64,000 bases of DNA. Source: Raillietiella orientalis (Eukaryota). A model generated the notes under the pieces. It was not told the DNA's origin. It made no database searches and saw only the letters and a list, made by a program, of their open reading frames with translations. This document shows positions 1 to 12,400 of this stretch, one piece after another; position 1 is the stretch's first letter; each line of letters starts with the position of its first letter. The translations under genes and the position numbers were made by a program. The DNA lies in assembly GCA_036172245.1 (NCBI GenBank), contig JAYWIR010000007.1, positions 4,030,001 to 4,094,000 of the forward strand, in the 5' to 3' direction.

Positions 1-2682
1 CACACTCAAACCGAGGGGAGCCAACAAACGGCTCCCTATTCCTACGTCGCCGCCTCCGAGAGGCCCGCCGCGCGGCGGCCGCAACGACGACGACGAAACC
101 CGCGGGTGGACTCGCGCGCGTTTTTCTGTTTGGGAAAGAGCAGGTGACGTCGTTGACGACATCCTCCCGGAGGCGTCCTACACACTCGAAGCGTGTGTGC
201 CCTCTCAGGGAAAGGAGGAGGGGAGGGGAGGGAGGGGGAACGTTCCTATTGTGTCTTGGGGAATGCGAAAGGGGAACGCGTGATCGCGAAAGGCATGGGG
301 AAGACAGGAGCGACGAAAGGAGAGAGCAGAGGAAGCAGCAGCAGCAGCAACAAGGGGCGCGCTGACACGGTCGCTCGGAGAGGTTCTGCTCTCGCCACCA
401 AGGATCGCAATTTCGTTTTCGTTCGATCCTCCTTCCCCTCCTCCTCCTCTCTCCGCGAGTGAACGTGGCCGCTATCTTGGCAAAGAGAAGGAAAGGAAAG
501 CGAGGAGGGGATGGACGCTCAAGTCTCCCTCCACCACACCCACACCCCTCCCTTTCTCTCGGGAAGGGCAGGCAGTCAGGACGCACGGGCAAACCACCAT
601 CTTCGGGGTAGCGGGAGCGAGGGGGCCTCGCGACGAGTCTTCAGCGACACTGCGGCGCCTTCCGGTGGCGGGCAATTCCCGAAGAAACGCACGCCTCCCG
701 GAAGTGTCACCTCGTAGGGTCAAGAGACAGTGCTGCTCTGTGTGCCACCCAAATCGAAGAGAACGGGAAAATTCCGAGATGGGATCGGCGCCGAGGAGCC
801 GGATGGCTTTTCGCCCTCCCGAAAATGATCTCCCGGGAATATCCCGCCGTGTTCCAGAAAGTCGCGGAGAGGAATCATTTCTTAGGACGATCCAAGAGGC
901 GCAGGGGAGAAGGAGCGGAGGGAAGATGGCTCTGTCGCCTTCCTTTTCCCTCTCTCCATCCCTCCCAAGGGGTCCCAAGAGGTCCTTCCTCGTTCCTTTT
1001 TTTTTCTTTCCCCCCCGTTGTTGTTTTTTTCCCTTCTTGACCCCTCTTACACGTCGTTCAAGAGCCATCCGACCTACGAGTGCACTCACGGCCTCCGCTG
1101 CCACCGATGCCGCGTCGGACAGGTCAGCGCGGCACCGCGTTATCTGGCGACCTCGAACGCACACTCTCTCGGAGGCGAGGAGAAGGAGGAGTGAGGGAGC
1201 GAGCAAGCCGGTGACGCACGTGACCTGAGCGACCCCGCGAAAGCTGATGTGGAGAGCCCAGGCGAGGGGCGCTCTCTGTAGTCCACTTCGCCGCCGCAGC
1301 AGCAGCAGCAGGCACGGCAAGGATTAAGGAAGGAGTCAGCGACGCAGCAGCGGACCGCACGGACCTTTCCATCCCTCCCCCTGCTTCCCGCGCAGCACGT
1401 GCGCGATTCATTCCCATCATCAAACCAACGGGATCGCGGATCGGCAGTCTCCGGGTGTTTCGTCTCTTCCCGCGATGGCATTGTGCCCGCAAGGCGCATC
1501 TTTCGTCGACCTGATTTAATGAAACGGGAAGCATAATCAATGGTCCGGTGAACGAAAGTTAGACGTCGGGTCTGCAGATTACGTCCCAGACGCCCGGACC
1601 ACCGTCCGCTGACGCGCTAAAAACAACTCGCAGCACTCGCTCATGTGCTCCCGCGAAACGCGAAGTGGGCTGCTTTCCCTCCTCCTCCTCAGCGGGGGAG
1701 GGTCATGCAAAAAGGTCTCGCGTTGGAAGACGGCAGTTTTCTAAGCACTCTTCTACTTCCGCCCGCCCCCCCTTCCGGGCCGAGGGAAGAGGAGAGGGGA
1801 GGAAAGGGAAGGGGGAGGAGGAGGCGATTCCTTCTCGAAAAGCGCGGGAGGAAGAGCCTTGCAAGGAAAAGGCGAGGGCCCCTCAGCAGTGGTGCGACCA
1901 CCGCAGACGGGCTTGCTAGCCGTCGGGTGCCGCTCCCGTTCGCCCGCACGCCGCCCAGTGAGTAGCGCGAGCTCTCCCTCCCACTGTCAAGATTTATTCC
2001 CCTTACCGGTCATCAAAGATTCATGCTGATGCTTCAGTTCGCATCTTCATTCACCCGGGATGCGAAATTCGGATTCCCAAAATGACGCAACTCTCGGCAA
2101 CAGGTGTCTCCATGGCAACCGAGGCGCAGGAGGCGAGGCGCGCTCGCCCGTTGCTTCGAGGGCGCCGCGCGCCAAACCACCGTTGCCGTTGCCGTCGCCT
2201 TCAGCGCCACCTCAGTTCCCTTTTGGGTTTTCCCGTTCTGTCTTGCAGGTTCCCAGATGCTCCGCGTGAAGCTGCTTCGGCTGACAACCCTCTTCGTCCC
2301 CTGAAGAGCCAGCCGAGTCGGGGCTAAGAAGCAACCGTTGAGCTCGGGGCCGCTTCTGCGCCCTCAGCTTCCGGGCAGAGACGTTGTGGCGGAACCTTCG
2401 TCTCCAGAGGCGAAGACGGGCGACGGAGTGGATCTCGGATCCTCCCTCGCGCGCTGCCGTGGGTAGGGGTGGCAGAGTCTGACCTTCCTCCCTTCTTCCC
2501 CTCCCTCCTTTCCCTGACCCCTTCTCTCTGGTCAGTCGGGTGGCCTCAAGCAAAAGCGGCCGTTGCCCTCATCCTCCTCTTCCTCCTCCCTCGACATCTC
2601 GTCCCGTTGTCTCTTCCCCCCCCCCCACCTCCCCTCCCTCTCTATGGAAAGGGTACTCAGCCTGGAATCCGTTTCGAAAAGA

Positions 2683-2697
2683 TCACCTGCCCCGAAT
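2683..2697 (-). CDS. Candidate short terminal coding exon of the jeb-like gene (IRGR-stop)
   Basis: Nearest strong acceptor after the LDLa exon: ccccttttctccttctaccctcactacctttttccAG|ATT CGG GGC AGG TGA, phase-0 compatible. A minus-strand AATAAA lies at 1993-1998. Pyrimidine tracts are everywhere in this window, so support is weak. Confidence 0.2.
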   Translation of the reverse strand: MRGR

Positions 2698-2965
2698 CTG
2701 GAAAAAGGTAGTGAGGGTAGAAGGAGAAAAGGGGTAACGTACAAGATCCCGATACCCCTCTCGAGCGCCCCTCGCCCGCGTTTTCCGTTTGCTTGCCGCT
2801 GGAGCAGGGGAGATGGGGGTGAGGGGAACTGAGGCACTTCCACTCGGTCTCCGCGCGTTGCAGAGCTGGGGAAGGGGGAGAATCGGAGGAGATTCCTCTC
2901 CCTCCTCCTCCACCAATTCCATCCCCCGCCCTATTTTCCCACGGGATGGAGCGACTGAAACTCAC

Positions 2966-3123
2966 CGATTTGTAGAACATGCACGCCTTGAGGTCCTCGT
3001 CCTCTCCGTGGATGCAGTCCTTGAATCCGTCGCACAGCTTCCGTATCTCGATGCACTTGTAGCGGTTCTTGCGGTTGGGCGATGGGCAAGGCACCCGCTC
3101 GACCTGGTCGATGATCGGACACT
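2966..3123 (-). CDS. jeb: Jeb-like gene, LDL-receptor class A domain exon
   Basis: Acceptor tttctcctgtgtctccccAG before 3123 and donor GTGAGT after 2966. The 158 nt encode (E)CPIIDQVERVPCPSPNRKNRYKCIEIRKLCDGFKDCIHGEDEDLKACMFYKS: six Cys, the CDGxxDCxxGEDE LDLa motif and a CMFYK ending, matching the Jeb pattern ECP...ERFACPTPD..GRYRCI....LCDGFIDCPxGEDED..ACMFYK. The phase-1 junction with the 16627 exon gives G+AG = Glu and rebuilds YDVPVIECP. Confidence 0.9.
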
Positions 3124-6059
3124 CTGGGGAGACACAGGAGAAACTCTTGACTATGGGAAATGCTGCCTTCCTCTCCTCCTCCCTCGCGCAGCCGAACCCC
3201 TCTGCCCCTGCGTCCTTCCCCGGGGCACACAGCCGGAGCGACTACAAGCCGAAAGAAGAAGAGGGCCAGGAAGACGTCTTCGGGCTGCCCGCGAGGGAAA
3301 GCACCCACGAAACAAAGAAGACAGGAGGGTACGGGGCAAGGCGGACGTCAGGTCTTTCCCTCTCTCTCCCCGGAGCAGAGCCTGGAAGGAACCGAACTTC
3401 CGAAGCCCTCAGAAACTGCATTCGGTGCAGCAACCACGGGGGAACGCCACGCGGAAGGGAAGGAGGAGAGAGGGAAGGTGCGGAGGTGGCGGTTCCTACA
3501 GTGGTGACCGGTTGGTCGTCCAAGGAAGGACGCACCCACCCCGCTTTTCCGTTGCCTCGTCCAGGAGGATCCCCGGACTCGACAGGAACGGACCGTCCGT
3601 GGGATATTTCAGAGCGTGGTGTGCATCCGGCTTGGAAGGGACGCGGCACAGGGCGCTCGGGAGTGAGACAGACACTCCGAAGGCGAAGGTGGGCGATGGG
3701 GTGGAACTCGGATACGCGCGCGCGAGCGCTGCCGTGGGCAGGGGTGACAGAGAACATTCCTCCTCTCTTCTTGCCTACTCCCCTTTGTTTCCTTAAGCTC
3801 TCCGCCCTCGTCAGTCGGAGCTGGGGGGTCTTAAGCAAAGCAACCGTTGCCCTCTCTTCCCTCTTCCTCCCTATCCCACTCGAGAGAAGGTCCCCTCTCC
3901 TCCGTGCCGCGCACTTAGGGAAGTGGTTGCGAGGCGTCTCACAGGATCCCCGTGCTATCTGCTCAGCCGCAGGGGCTGCAGCAGCAGCCGGTGTTCGGAG
4001 TGGTTTCCCGCGGTCCACCGCGGGAAGCAAGCGTGGGTGGCGCGGGCCAGCTGAAGAAATTTTTCCCAGTGCACGAACCGGGAGTGTGCCCAGGGCGACA
4101 GGTACAAAAGGATTCCCTCCATCTCCTTCCAGTTTTCTGGAAACTCCAGGGGTGCCTCCATGTTTCTCTCAGGTTCCTTCCAGTTTGCAGCACCCGCATC
4201 CCTCCCTGACTCAACCTGCAAGATCGATGGAAATCTCGAGAGACATTTATAACCGGCTCTGAGGGTACTAAGCGTCGATGGGTGGACTCGGGGGTCACAG
4301 GTTTTCCAGGTCTGAAAACGACGCGCAATGCTTGCAGAAGAAGAGGAGGAAGAGGAAGAAGAAGAAAAGTCCTCGCGGAGGGTCTGACACCGAGGCGCCA
4401 TCTGCAACACCTCGGCGTCAGACGAATGGCTGCACTTGCTTGTTCCGTTCTGCAAGAAGTCTCTTGAAACCGGCAATCCCTGCCTGTCTGCAGGGGGCTG
4501 CGATCTTCCATCTCCCCCTCCAAAACGGGAGAGAGAGCCACGGTCGTGCTCCTACGGCATCCCGGCGTCTTTGGCTTTTGCACGGAAGCGATTACTGCAA
4601 GGAATCCATACCCCCTGATAGCCTGGGGAGGAAGGTTTCCTACTCCCGGGAATGTCTCTGGAGCAGATACGTGCGTCCGTCTGCAAATTTCTTTCTCTTC
4701 CCTCCCTCCCGATGAGACGAGGCTGTCATCGCCCTGCGTCGCAGATTTTTAGCACGCAGGCGCGCTGCGAAGCGCTCGGAAAGAAACACTTCAGCCCCCC
4801 ACCCTTTCTTTTTTCTCCTTCCCGAAAGATGCATGTGTCCCCTTCCCCCTGTGCCAGACAGATGACTTGGAACGGTCGTACGCATGCACACCCCTTCCAC
4901 TTGCATGGGGGCGCACGCTCCAATCAAGGACCACCAAACCAGACGGGGGAGGAGGACGCTGGAGGGAAGTAGGAGGGGTGAAGAGACGGGAGGAAGAGGA
5001 ATGGAAGAGTGTGAGCGCTAAGGACTGCGTCTCCCTTCGGTGGTGGTGGTGGGCTGGGGAGGGGGGGGGGGGGGCAGCGCGCTGCGGAGCACGGCACCGC
5101 CTCCGCCTGCTGTGGCAGCAAGAAAATCGGACAGCAGCAACATCCGGGAAAACGAACGGGATTCTTGGCCAGGTGCAATTGATCCAGAGGGTTCTCGCAG
5201 ATCAATTCCGCAAAGTGCTCGCCGTCTCCCGCGCGCCGGATCCGCTCCTAGCTCCCCCGTAATTCATGAATTATTATCCCTGGCCGACGACGAAGAGCAA
5301 CTGCGGGGAGCGTGACGGAATGCGTAGGGGAAGCCGCCGATGGAGTTTTCTTTTCCCTTTCCCGGGATCGAACGGCGCGTGAGGATGCCACCAGTCGACT
5401 GCCGGGACGCTTAGAGAGCCGCCGTGATCCAGGAGACACCGCCAGCTGCCCGGCATCCTCAGAAGAGAGGCAGCGGCACCGCCGCGGCGCCCGCGGGATG
5501 AACTAGGGGAGCTTTCGTTTTCAGCGTTCAGTGCTCCTCCGCGAGCTCAGCCGGAGGGCCTCCCTTGCCTACCTGGCGAAAGGAGGAAAGGAAAGCAGAA
5601 AAGAAGGCGGGAGCGGAAGGGGAAGAGGGGGAGGGTTGTTCTGCCGCTGGGCAAAGAACTAGGAGGCTGGACTGTTCCGTTTTACCTCCGGGGGTGTTTG
5701 GTTTGCGTGCAGATACTTCGACGGTAGCTGGGTGTCCACGAGCGAGGGAGCGAGGTGGCGGGTGCGCTCCGCGTCAGAAAAAAACACGCTTCCGCGAAAG
5801 GGAGCCAGGGGGAGGAAGACGGCATGTGGGGCAGGGTCGGTAAGGCGTCATTTCTCCGGATCGTGTCGGGTCACCAAGCAGCTGGAGGTCCGATCTTCGC
5901 GCCCCAGGAGCTTCCTGAAAGCTCCCTGAAGGCGGGAGTCTCAGGCACCCACCTTCCGCGCCTCCCCGCGAGTCGGCCCCTCCCTCGGAGGGAGGCACGC
6001 GTGCGTACCCACCGGTCTTGCCTCCTGCGAAGCGGGCCAACCGCTTCGCAGGAGCTCAC

Positions 6060-6470
6060 CTCGTGGCTCCACTGCGGCAGCGATCGTGCCACCACAGAGT
6101 CTCCCTCTCCTTCTTCCAGATGCCCACCTTCGCCGACTTTCGGCTGCTGGGTCTCGGCGACAGTGCTTCTGTCCCCAGACCTTGCGAACCGGTCACCGGT
6201 GCCTACGCACCACCCGAAAATTGTCCAGTGTCTACATGGCAAATTTTCGGGTGGGATATCCATCGTCACCCATGATCAGAGGAAAACCAATCCGAAACGG
6301 AGAGAAGAAGAGCCTAGCGGATGTGATCGACGCGGAGTGGTCATCGCTTCTCGCATGCAATGGATGCTGCTGCAAAATGCAAACACGGCGATCAATGCTC
6401 TTAATTTCCCTGTAATGCCAGGACTGTCCCTCGTCGGGACAGTCGGCTCCTTCCAAGGTTGTGATCTGGG
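6060..6470 (-). mobile_element. Degenerate PIF/Harbinger (DDE_Tnp_4-like) transposase fragment, inside the jeb intron
   Basis: Ordered motif remnants over two frames: YREIKSIDRRVC (~Y.NRK..hSin.q.vC), HARSDDHSASI (~PGS.HDs.if), LIMGDDGYP (~llGDsGYP), DRFARSGDRSTVAETQQPK (~FN..hs..R..vE.afG.lK), SVVARSLPQW (~ivvAC..LHN). Contains a stop and a frameshift. Confidence 0.5.
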
Positions 6471-9400
6471 GACGGCGTTAGCCTTTGGATGACCCCCCCC
6501 CCCCTCTTCCTATTCCTCCTCCCTCGAAACCACGAGCGTACGACAGGGAGACAAAGGGAAAAGCAAAACAAAAACAAACAAAACAACAGCAGCAGCGGCA
6601 AAGATCCTTTGGAGCGCTTTGGCCGCAAGGGTGCCAGAAAACCACAGCAGCCGCAGGGCATCGCTCGATGGGCACCAGTGCCTCAGGTGCGGCAGGGCAC
6701 ATGCTCAGGCGCCCCTCTGCACTATAAAATGCACCTGTGTGCATGCGAAACGAAATACTCTCGGAAAACTGGAATGGCTCTCACGAACGCGAATTAATTA
6801 ACGAGGGCAAAGTGGAAACAACCGGAAGTTGTCTTATGATTTCGGGTACCTTCCTGGTCCAATTCAAGTGGGAGCCAACTCGAGTTTAACGAATCCTTCA
6901 AAAATGCTCATCTGGTCTGATTAAAAAACACAGCCACGAAGTACTTAGCAGCACACTTTGCTAATTCAAAGGCTCCGTGTTCACCCTGCATGCATGCATG
7001 CCGCGTTCACATTTGAAGGAAGGCACATCTGGACCATCGCGGTTTTCTGAGGTGTGAAGCTCTCGAGTTCAGCATGTTTCTCGAACCGGTTCCCTTTCTC
7101 GTGGCTCTCCCACTTTGCTTTGCAGCAGCGAATGCGTACTTATGTATCAGGTATGTAATCGAGTACTGACTTGGCCAAAAAGAGCATTCCATGTTAAGAG
7201 AGGAAAATAAGCGTTAGGCTCGGAGGTTAATAAACGTCAGGCTCCGGCTGGACCGTGGAGCATAGCAGTCGCGTCGGGCGTGTGGAGCACATTTGCCCAC
7301 CACAGGAGGGAGAAGTCCTTCGCTGGCGCTCCAGTACGTCCCGAGAACCTTCCGTTTCCAGGTCTTGCAAGCACTTCCCCTCACACACTCCCAGACTTCA
7401 GCTTTTACACAAAGCATTCGTCCTGAAATTAAGCATCAACCAGTCACGTGCCAGTTCCTCGTTTCCTCGGCGAGAACAGAAAGCTGTGTGGGAGGAAAAG
7501 GCTAAAAGAGAGCAACTAGGCAAAAACTGTTCAGAGGAGGTTTTTTGGAAAGTTTCTTTTCCTCGAAAGGCAGTGGGTTTTTTGTTTCTCTCCTGAAGAA
7601 ATGACCTCCTGTATCTGCTGAAAAGGGGAGCAGATTTCTGTTCTGAAATCAGCTGCGTTGCTTGCAGAGCTTCATCAATGCTCTCTGAAAAGTTTCTTCA
7701 CCCGAGCGGGAAAATAGAAGCGAAATGTCTGAAACGGAACACTCGGCTTTCAAGATAGAAAAATGCGAGAGGGAGAGAGAGAGAGAAGGGGGGGAGGGGA
7801 GGAAAAGAAAAGAAAAGGAAAACCCGAAGAACGAAAGAAGAAAACAAAAAAACAAGAGAAATAAACCAACGGGTTGACTGGTAATCTATAAAGTCCACGC
7901 AGGTGTTGCGTTTCTTGGGGTGGTCGCGGGACGTTTAGGGATTGGTTGTGCTGAAGCTGCGCAAAAAATGGGGGACGTTTCGGCTGCAGTTGGGACAATC
8001 CCACTGCCACTCTCTGCTGTTCCCAACACTGCAAAACGTTTTCATTAAGTTGATTTTTTTGTTCTTCCTTTTAAGCGAAAACACGGAATCAAAGGTCCCC
8101 CTCCCCCCTTCATCCTTTCCTGTTTGTTTGAATAAGAATAAGAAGAGAAGAGAAAGAAAAACGAAAACTCCAAACTTCCGATTGGAAATTTTTTCTTGGA
8201 GAAATGCTAGTTGGAAAATTCTCTAGTTGATCTGCTACGGAGTCTCAGTCCACGAGTTGTGGAATCGGGTTGGAGTCCAAAGGAAAAAACAGGGCGACGT
8301 ACAAGCAGAGGGATCAAGTGGAGAATAAATCGGCAAAAAACACACAAAAAAATCGATAAGCAAATCCCTTGGAAGCGGAATTGAATTGGACGTTCTACGA
8401 GAAGGAAGTTTCCAGAACCATGTCTCTAAGAGATGCGTCGGGCTCTCGCTGAGATGAAACACAGAATCCTGACGGAACGCGCAGTATGCCCAGGCAACCC
8501 GTTGGCAGATGAGGAAGGGGGATCGTTAGCGCTGGGAGGAGTGGGGTGGCATGTATGGGAGAAGGAGGGGGCATCGTTTGGCTCGTTCGCCCTTAAGGGT
8601 CTTCCTTCCCCCCCCCTTCGCATAGCTCGCATCCGCCGCGAAACCATGGCAACCGACGGAGCTGCTGCTGGCTCATTTGTATGCACTGTGGAGGCGGTTT
8701 CTTGGAGCGAATGCACCGACGATGGATCCAGCACAAAGCGGGACATCCCTGAAGGGAACGTCGAAGACGTTCCCTGTCGGACAAATGAGAAAAAGGGAGA
8801 AAAGGGGGGGGAGGAGGGAATCCACAAACGAGGAATTGAAGGAAAGCCGATGCATGCGCGGTTGGCCTTGCGCATGTGGGAGAAAAGCAGATGATGACAT
8901 TAAGAAAATCTTCCATGCTCCACCTTCTTCCAGGTGCTCGAGGCATCCGATCCCGAGGGCCTCTTTCGCTCTGCCCGCAAGAGGTGCGAGGCGACGAAGG
9001 GTCTCGACATCGCGTCTTGTCTTGCAGCGGGTAGTTCCCCGGAAGGAAAAGAAGGGCGAAGCACTCGGGGTTCTTGCCGGCGGCAGGAGCCTTCGCGATT
9101 CGTCCCTCGCGCATCGGCGGACTTAGCCCCGTCTCTACCATGGCAGCAGCGTTTCCGGAGCGCACGCGCACCCGATCTCTCTTCCCCTTCCTCATCTGCC
9201 GCCTCCCTTCGCAGGACAGAGAGGCGGCGACGGGACGTTCGCGCGGTACCCAAGCCTGCAGTGCCGGCGGGGAGTGCGGAAGGATCTTCCGGTCGGTCGG
9301 TCCTTCCGCGAACGATCTTTCCAGAAGGGAACCCTCGGGAGAGCGTGTAGCGTCGCCGTCCTTGTTTCTCGGAAAAGCCCCGAGGGGCTCCTCGAGCCCG

Positions 9401-12400
9401 GGAGGGAGGAAACGCTCAGGGAGGAAGGGGGAGGGACAGGACTGCCAATCTTCATCTGTTGCCATGACGCCTTCTCCGTTCATCGTCCTAGCATCGATCC
9501 CTGCGCGCCTCAGGGAGTCCGGAACGTCGGGAATGGATCGGGAGCGGCCTGCCTCCACTGCCGCCGCGAAGCAGGACCCGATTTCCCGGGGGTTTTGCGC
9601 ACGCAAAGGAGGAGGGGGAAAAAGAAAAGGGGAGGCGAGGAATTAAGAAGGGCAGGGGGGCGACGAGAATCTCTTTCTGGCTTGCACTCGCAAGGCGCCC
9701 GCGCCATTCCCTTTCTTTCCCCTCTCGAGAAGGAGCAGCCGCCAACATCTCTCTGAAGGTCTCGGAGCCACCAACGAGACTGCGAGAGTTGTCCACCCAT
9801 GACTCTCCCCTTCATGAGAAGAAGAGGTCAAGCAGTCGCAAAGGTTAGTTCCCCAGGGTCGAACTCCTCTCGGCATGGTCCGCCTTCCTCGATGAGTGCA
9901 CCGCAGCCGAGGATGCGTGCTGGGTCTCCCTGTCGCACCCAGGGGAGAGAGGTGAGGGAGGGATCAGGTGGAGCTTTCCGAGACGGGAAGGAGGGATCTT
10001 CCCTGGTGTCTTCCTAAAGGACATCCTGCCCGCGCTCCAAAAGGGGTATCCGCTGATCCGAAGCCAGTGAAGAGGAACTTTCCCTGCGGTTTCTCGACGG
10101 TTCTGCTCCTCCCCTTCCTTCCCGAGATCTCTGGAGGCGAAAGTCCGACGAACGTTCCGGACCCCTCCACCTTCTGCAGGAAATTTTTATTTCTTTCACT
10201 TGTCCTTTCCTGGGAACAGGTCTTCTCGCAGGATGTGGTGGAGGAGGGAGGGTTCTGGTGGCATCCCAGGAAGTGTCGAGATTCCGCAACTTCCCAGAGA
10301 CCGTCCCGCTTGCGCTTTCCGGGAATGCTCCGGCCAACACTCATTCCTCCTGCCAAGGATGCCCCTTTCGCTCCCCTTCTTCTCCCTCCTCCGAGCTTCT
10401 TCGAGGAAGTCATCCATCATTGACCACGGTTGCGACCCCCGTTTTTCTCCTCTCTCCGCTTGCCTCCGAATCAGCCAACCGATCCCCATCACGGGACTCT
10501 GCTCTGCCTAGTGCAGAGCAGAGTCCTGGAGTCCCTGCCCCTCTCCCCTAGGACTCCCTCGAGCTGCGTCGGCAGGCATCGTACCCTGCATCACAGCAGA
10601 GAACGGGTCTTTTTCTCCCACCCCCGGCGGAACAATTCTCTTTCCCCTCCATTCTGTCCTTCGCCCGCCTCGTCATGTCGGTCCCAGATGTGGATCCCGA
10701 ATGTCTCTACCGAGATGTCCCGAAAGGCTCGAAGGGAATAAAGGTGGGGGGATGTGCCGTACCCCTCCCCGTCTCCCGATCTCCCGTCTTCCTCTCCTTC
10801 GCTCCCTCCTTCCTGTGCTGGCCGTGGTCCTTGTTCCTCACCTTCTCCTTTTGGACGCCCTCTCAGCTTAATCGGCCTTCAAGCGGCAATATCACAGAGC
10901 TGGTTACGGAAGAGTATTAGGTGGGAGGTCTCATTTGAGAAGGCCAGCGGGAGCCGTGGAGATGGTTCGGGGGCACGAGTAGAAGGACTGGAGAGGGAAG
11001 GGAACGAGGAGGGGTGGAGTTCGCCCTTCTTCCGTTTGGGCCATACTCCTGCGAGGCGAGGGGGAGTCCCTCGCTCCCTCTCTCTTCCTAGAGAGCTGCA
11101 GCGGCTCAACCCTCTCCATGTCCTGTCTGAAGGAGGGCCCTGGCATCGTGCAGTCGGAGGAGGAAGAGGTGATGAGTCGAACCCGCTCAGGGCACTCCAG
11201 GGTTCCAATAGATTTATCCCCCTGCACCTTGAGGAGAGGGTGCGTGGCCTTCGCGAAACGCCGGGAGTCAACCTAGGCCCTCTCGCCGCGACACGCAGCG
11301 ATGGTGGCTTGCTCTTCCTGCGGCAGCGTGAGGGAAACTTCTTCCCTCGGATGGACCGATCTCCCCTTCCCAGCCCCTTGCCTTCTCCTTGATTCATAGG
11401 GGAGTTCCAAGCCTCTTGAGAACTCGTGGAGGACGAGGATTCCTTGCAGGGAAAAGGAGGAGGAGGAAGAAGAAGGGGGGGATATTCCACACAGACAAAT
11501 CGATCTTTTTCTTCCTCATTTTCCAGGAAGGTCCCACGTTCTTTTCTTCCGAAGCCTCCTCCCTAATGCTCCTCGTACTGACGAAGCTCGCAGATCAGGG
11601 GCACATCCGGGCAAGGATGAAAGGGAATGGCAAGAACCAAGGGCGGAAGAGTTGCTTTGGGGTGAGGTTACCCTCAGGGAGACTTTCAGGCCTCTCCTGT
11701 CTTCGGCTACGGAATCAGGAGGGAGAGACCTCGAAACGGACACCGTGAGAGGACGGCGGTCCAGGAGATCTGTGCGTGTCGTGGGATGGGGAGGGCAAAT
11801 CGAAGGAAGGAGTTTCCTTCCAGTGAGGAGAGGGGGTAACAGGGAAGGTCCCCAAGGAGGATGCTTTTTATGAATAGCCAATGAGAGCCGCTGCCGCCGC
11901 TCGAGCTGAGTCGGTCGCCTGGAAGCGCTGCCGTGCGCGTGCGGCGCCGAGAAACAGGAGCTCACGTTTCGCGCGGAGGAAGATGGCGCTCGCTTGGCGA
12001 GGAAGGGATGCAAGGTTGCCTGCCTTGTGGCGCACCGGCCGTTTCCGGAGGAGAGGCTCTCTGGACAACGAGGCTCCCATACCAGAGAGTCTAGGGAGGA
12101 ATGGGAGGGAGAGCGGAGCAGCTTCCCGGAAAATCCGCGGTCCCACAAGAGAAAAGCTGGCGGTGGGAAGCAGGGATTCAAAAGAAAAGTCCCTCCCGTG
12201 GGTCTACATGGAGTTGCGAATGGCGAATTTGAGGGATCTGCTCCCTGGGACTCCCGCACGGTGCTAACACACAGCGAGCGGCGAAGAGTCTAGGATGACA
12301 AGGGTCGGAGAGGAAGCCTTGCTGGGGTGCGGGGGAGCCTTCTGGAAGGCCGCATTCCTTTCATGAGGAGCGACAGCAACGTGAGGGAAAGAGGGAGGGA

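Noticed and set aside
385..425. Minus-strand TKTKLRSLVAR resembling the Jeb C-terminal TKAHLDVL
   Set aside because: No in-phase splice acceptor or pyrimidine tract precedes it, and the similarity is only a few residues.
2657..3094. Single-exon 145-aa ORF containing the LDLa motif
   Set aside because: It starts at GTG inside the exon and runs through a consensus GTGAGT donor. The spliced model explains the homology boundaries better.
2966..3123. Alternative identity as prohormone-4/IDLSRF precursor or an LDL-receptor fragment
   Set aside because: No IDLSRF peptide and no tandem LDLa repeats. The YDVPxIECP lead-in and CMFYK ending are Jeb-type.
6422..6444. 9-bp hairpin gactgtccc/gggacagtc, and a 10-bp hairpin at 52608-52633
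   Set aside because: Short stems inside TE-derived sequence with no terminator context; likely incidental.
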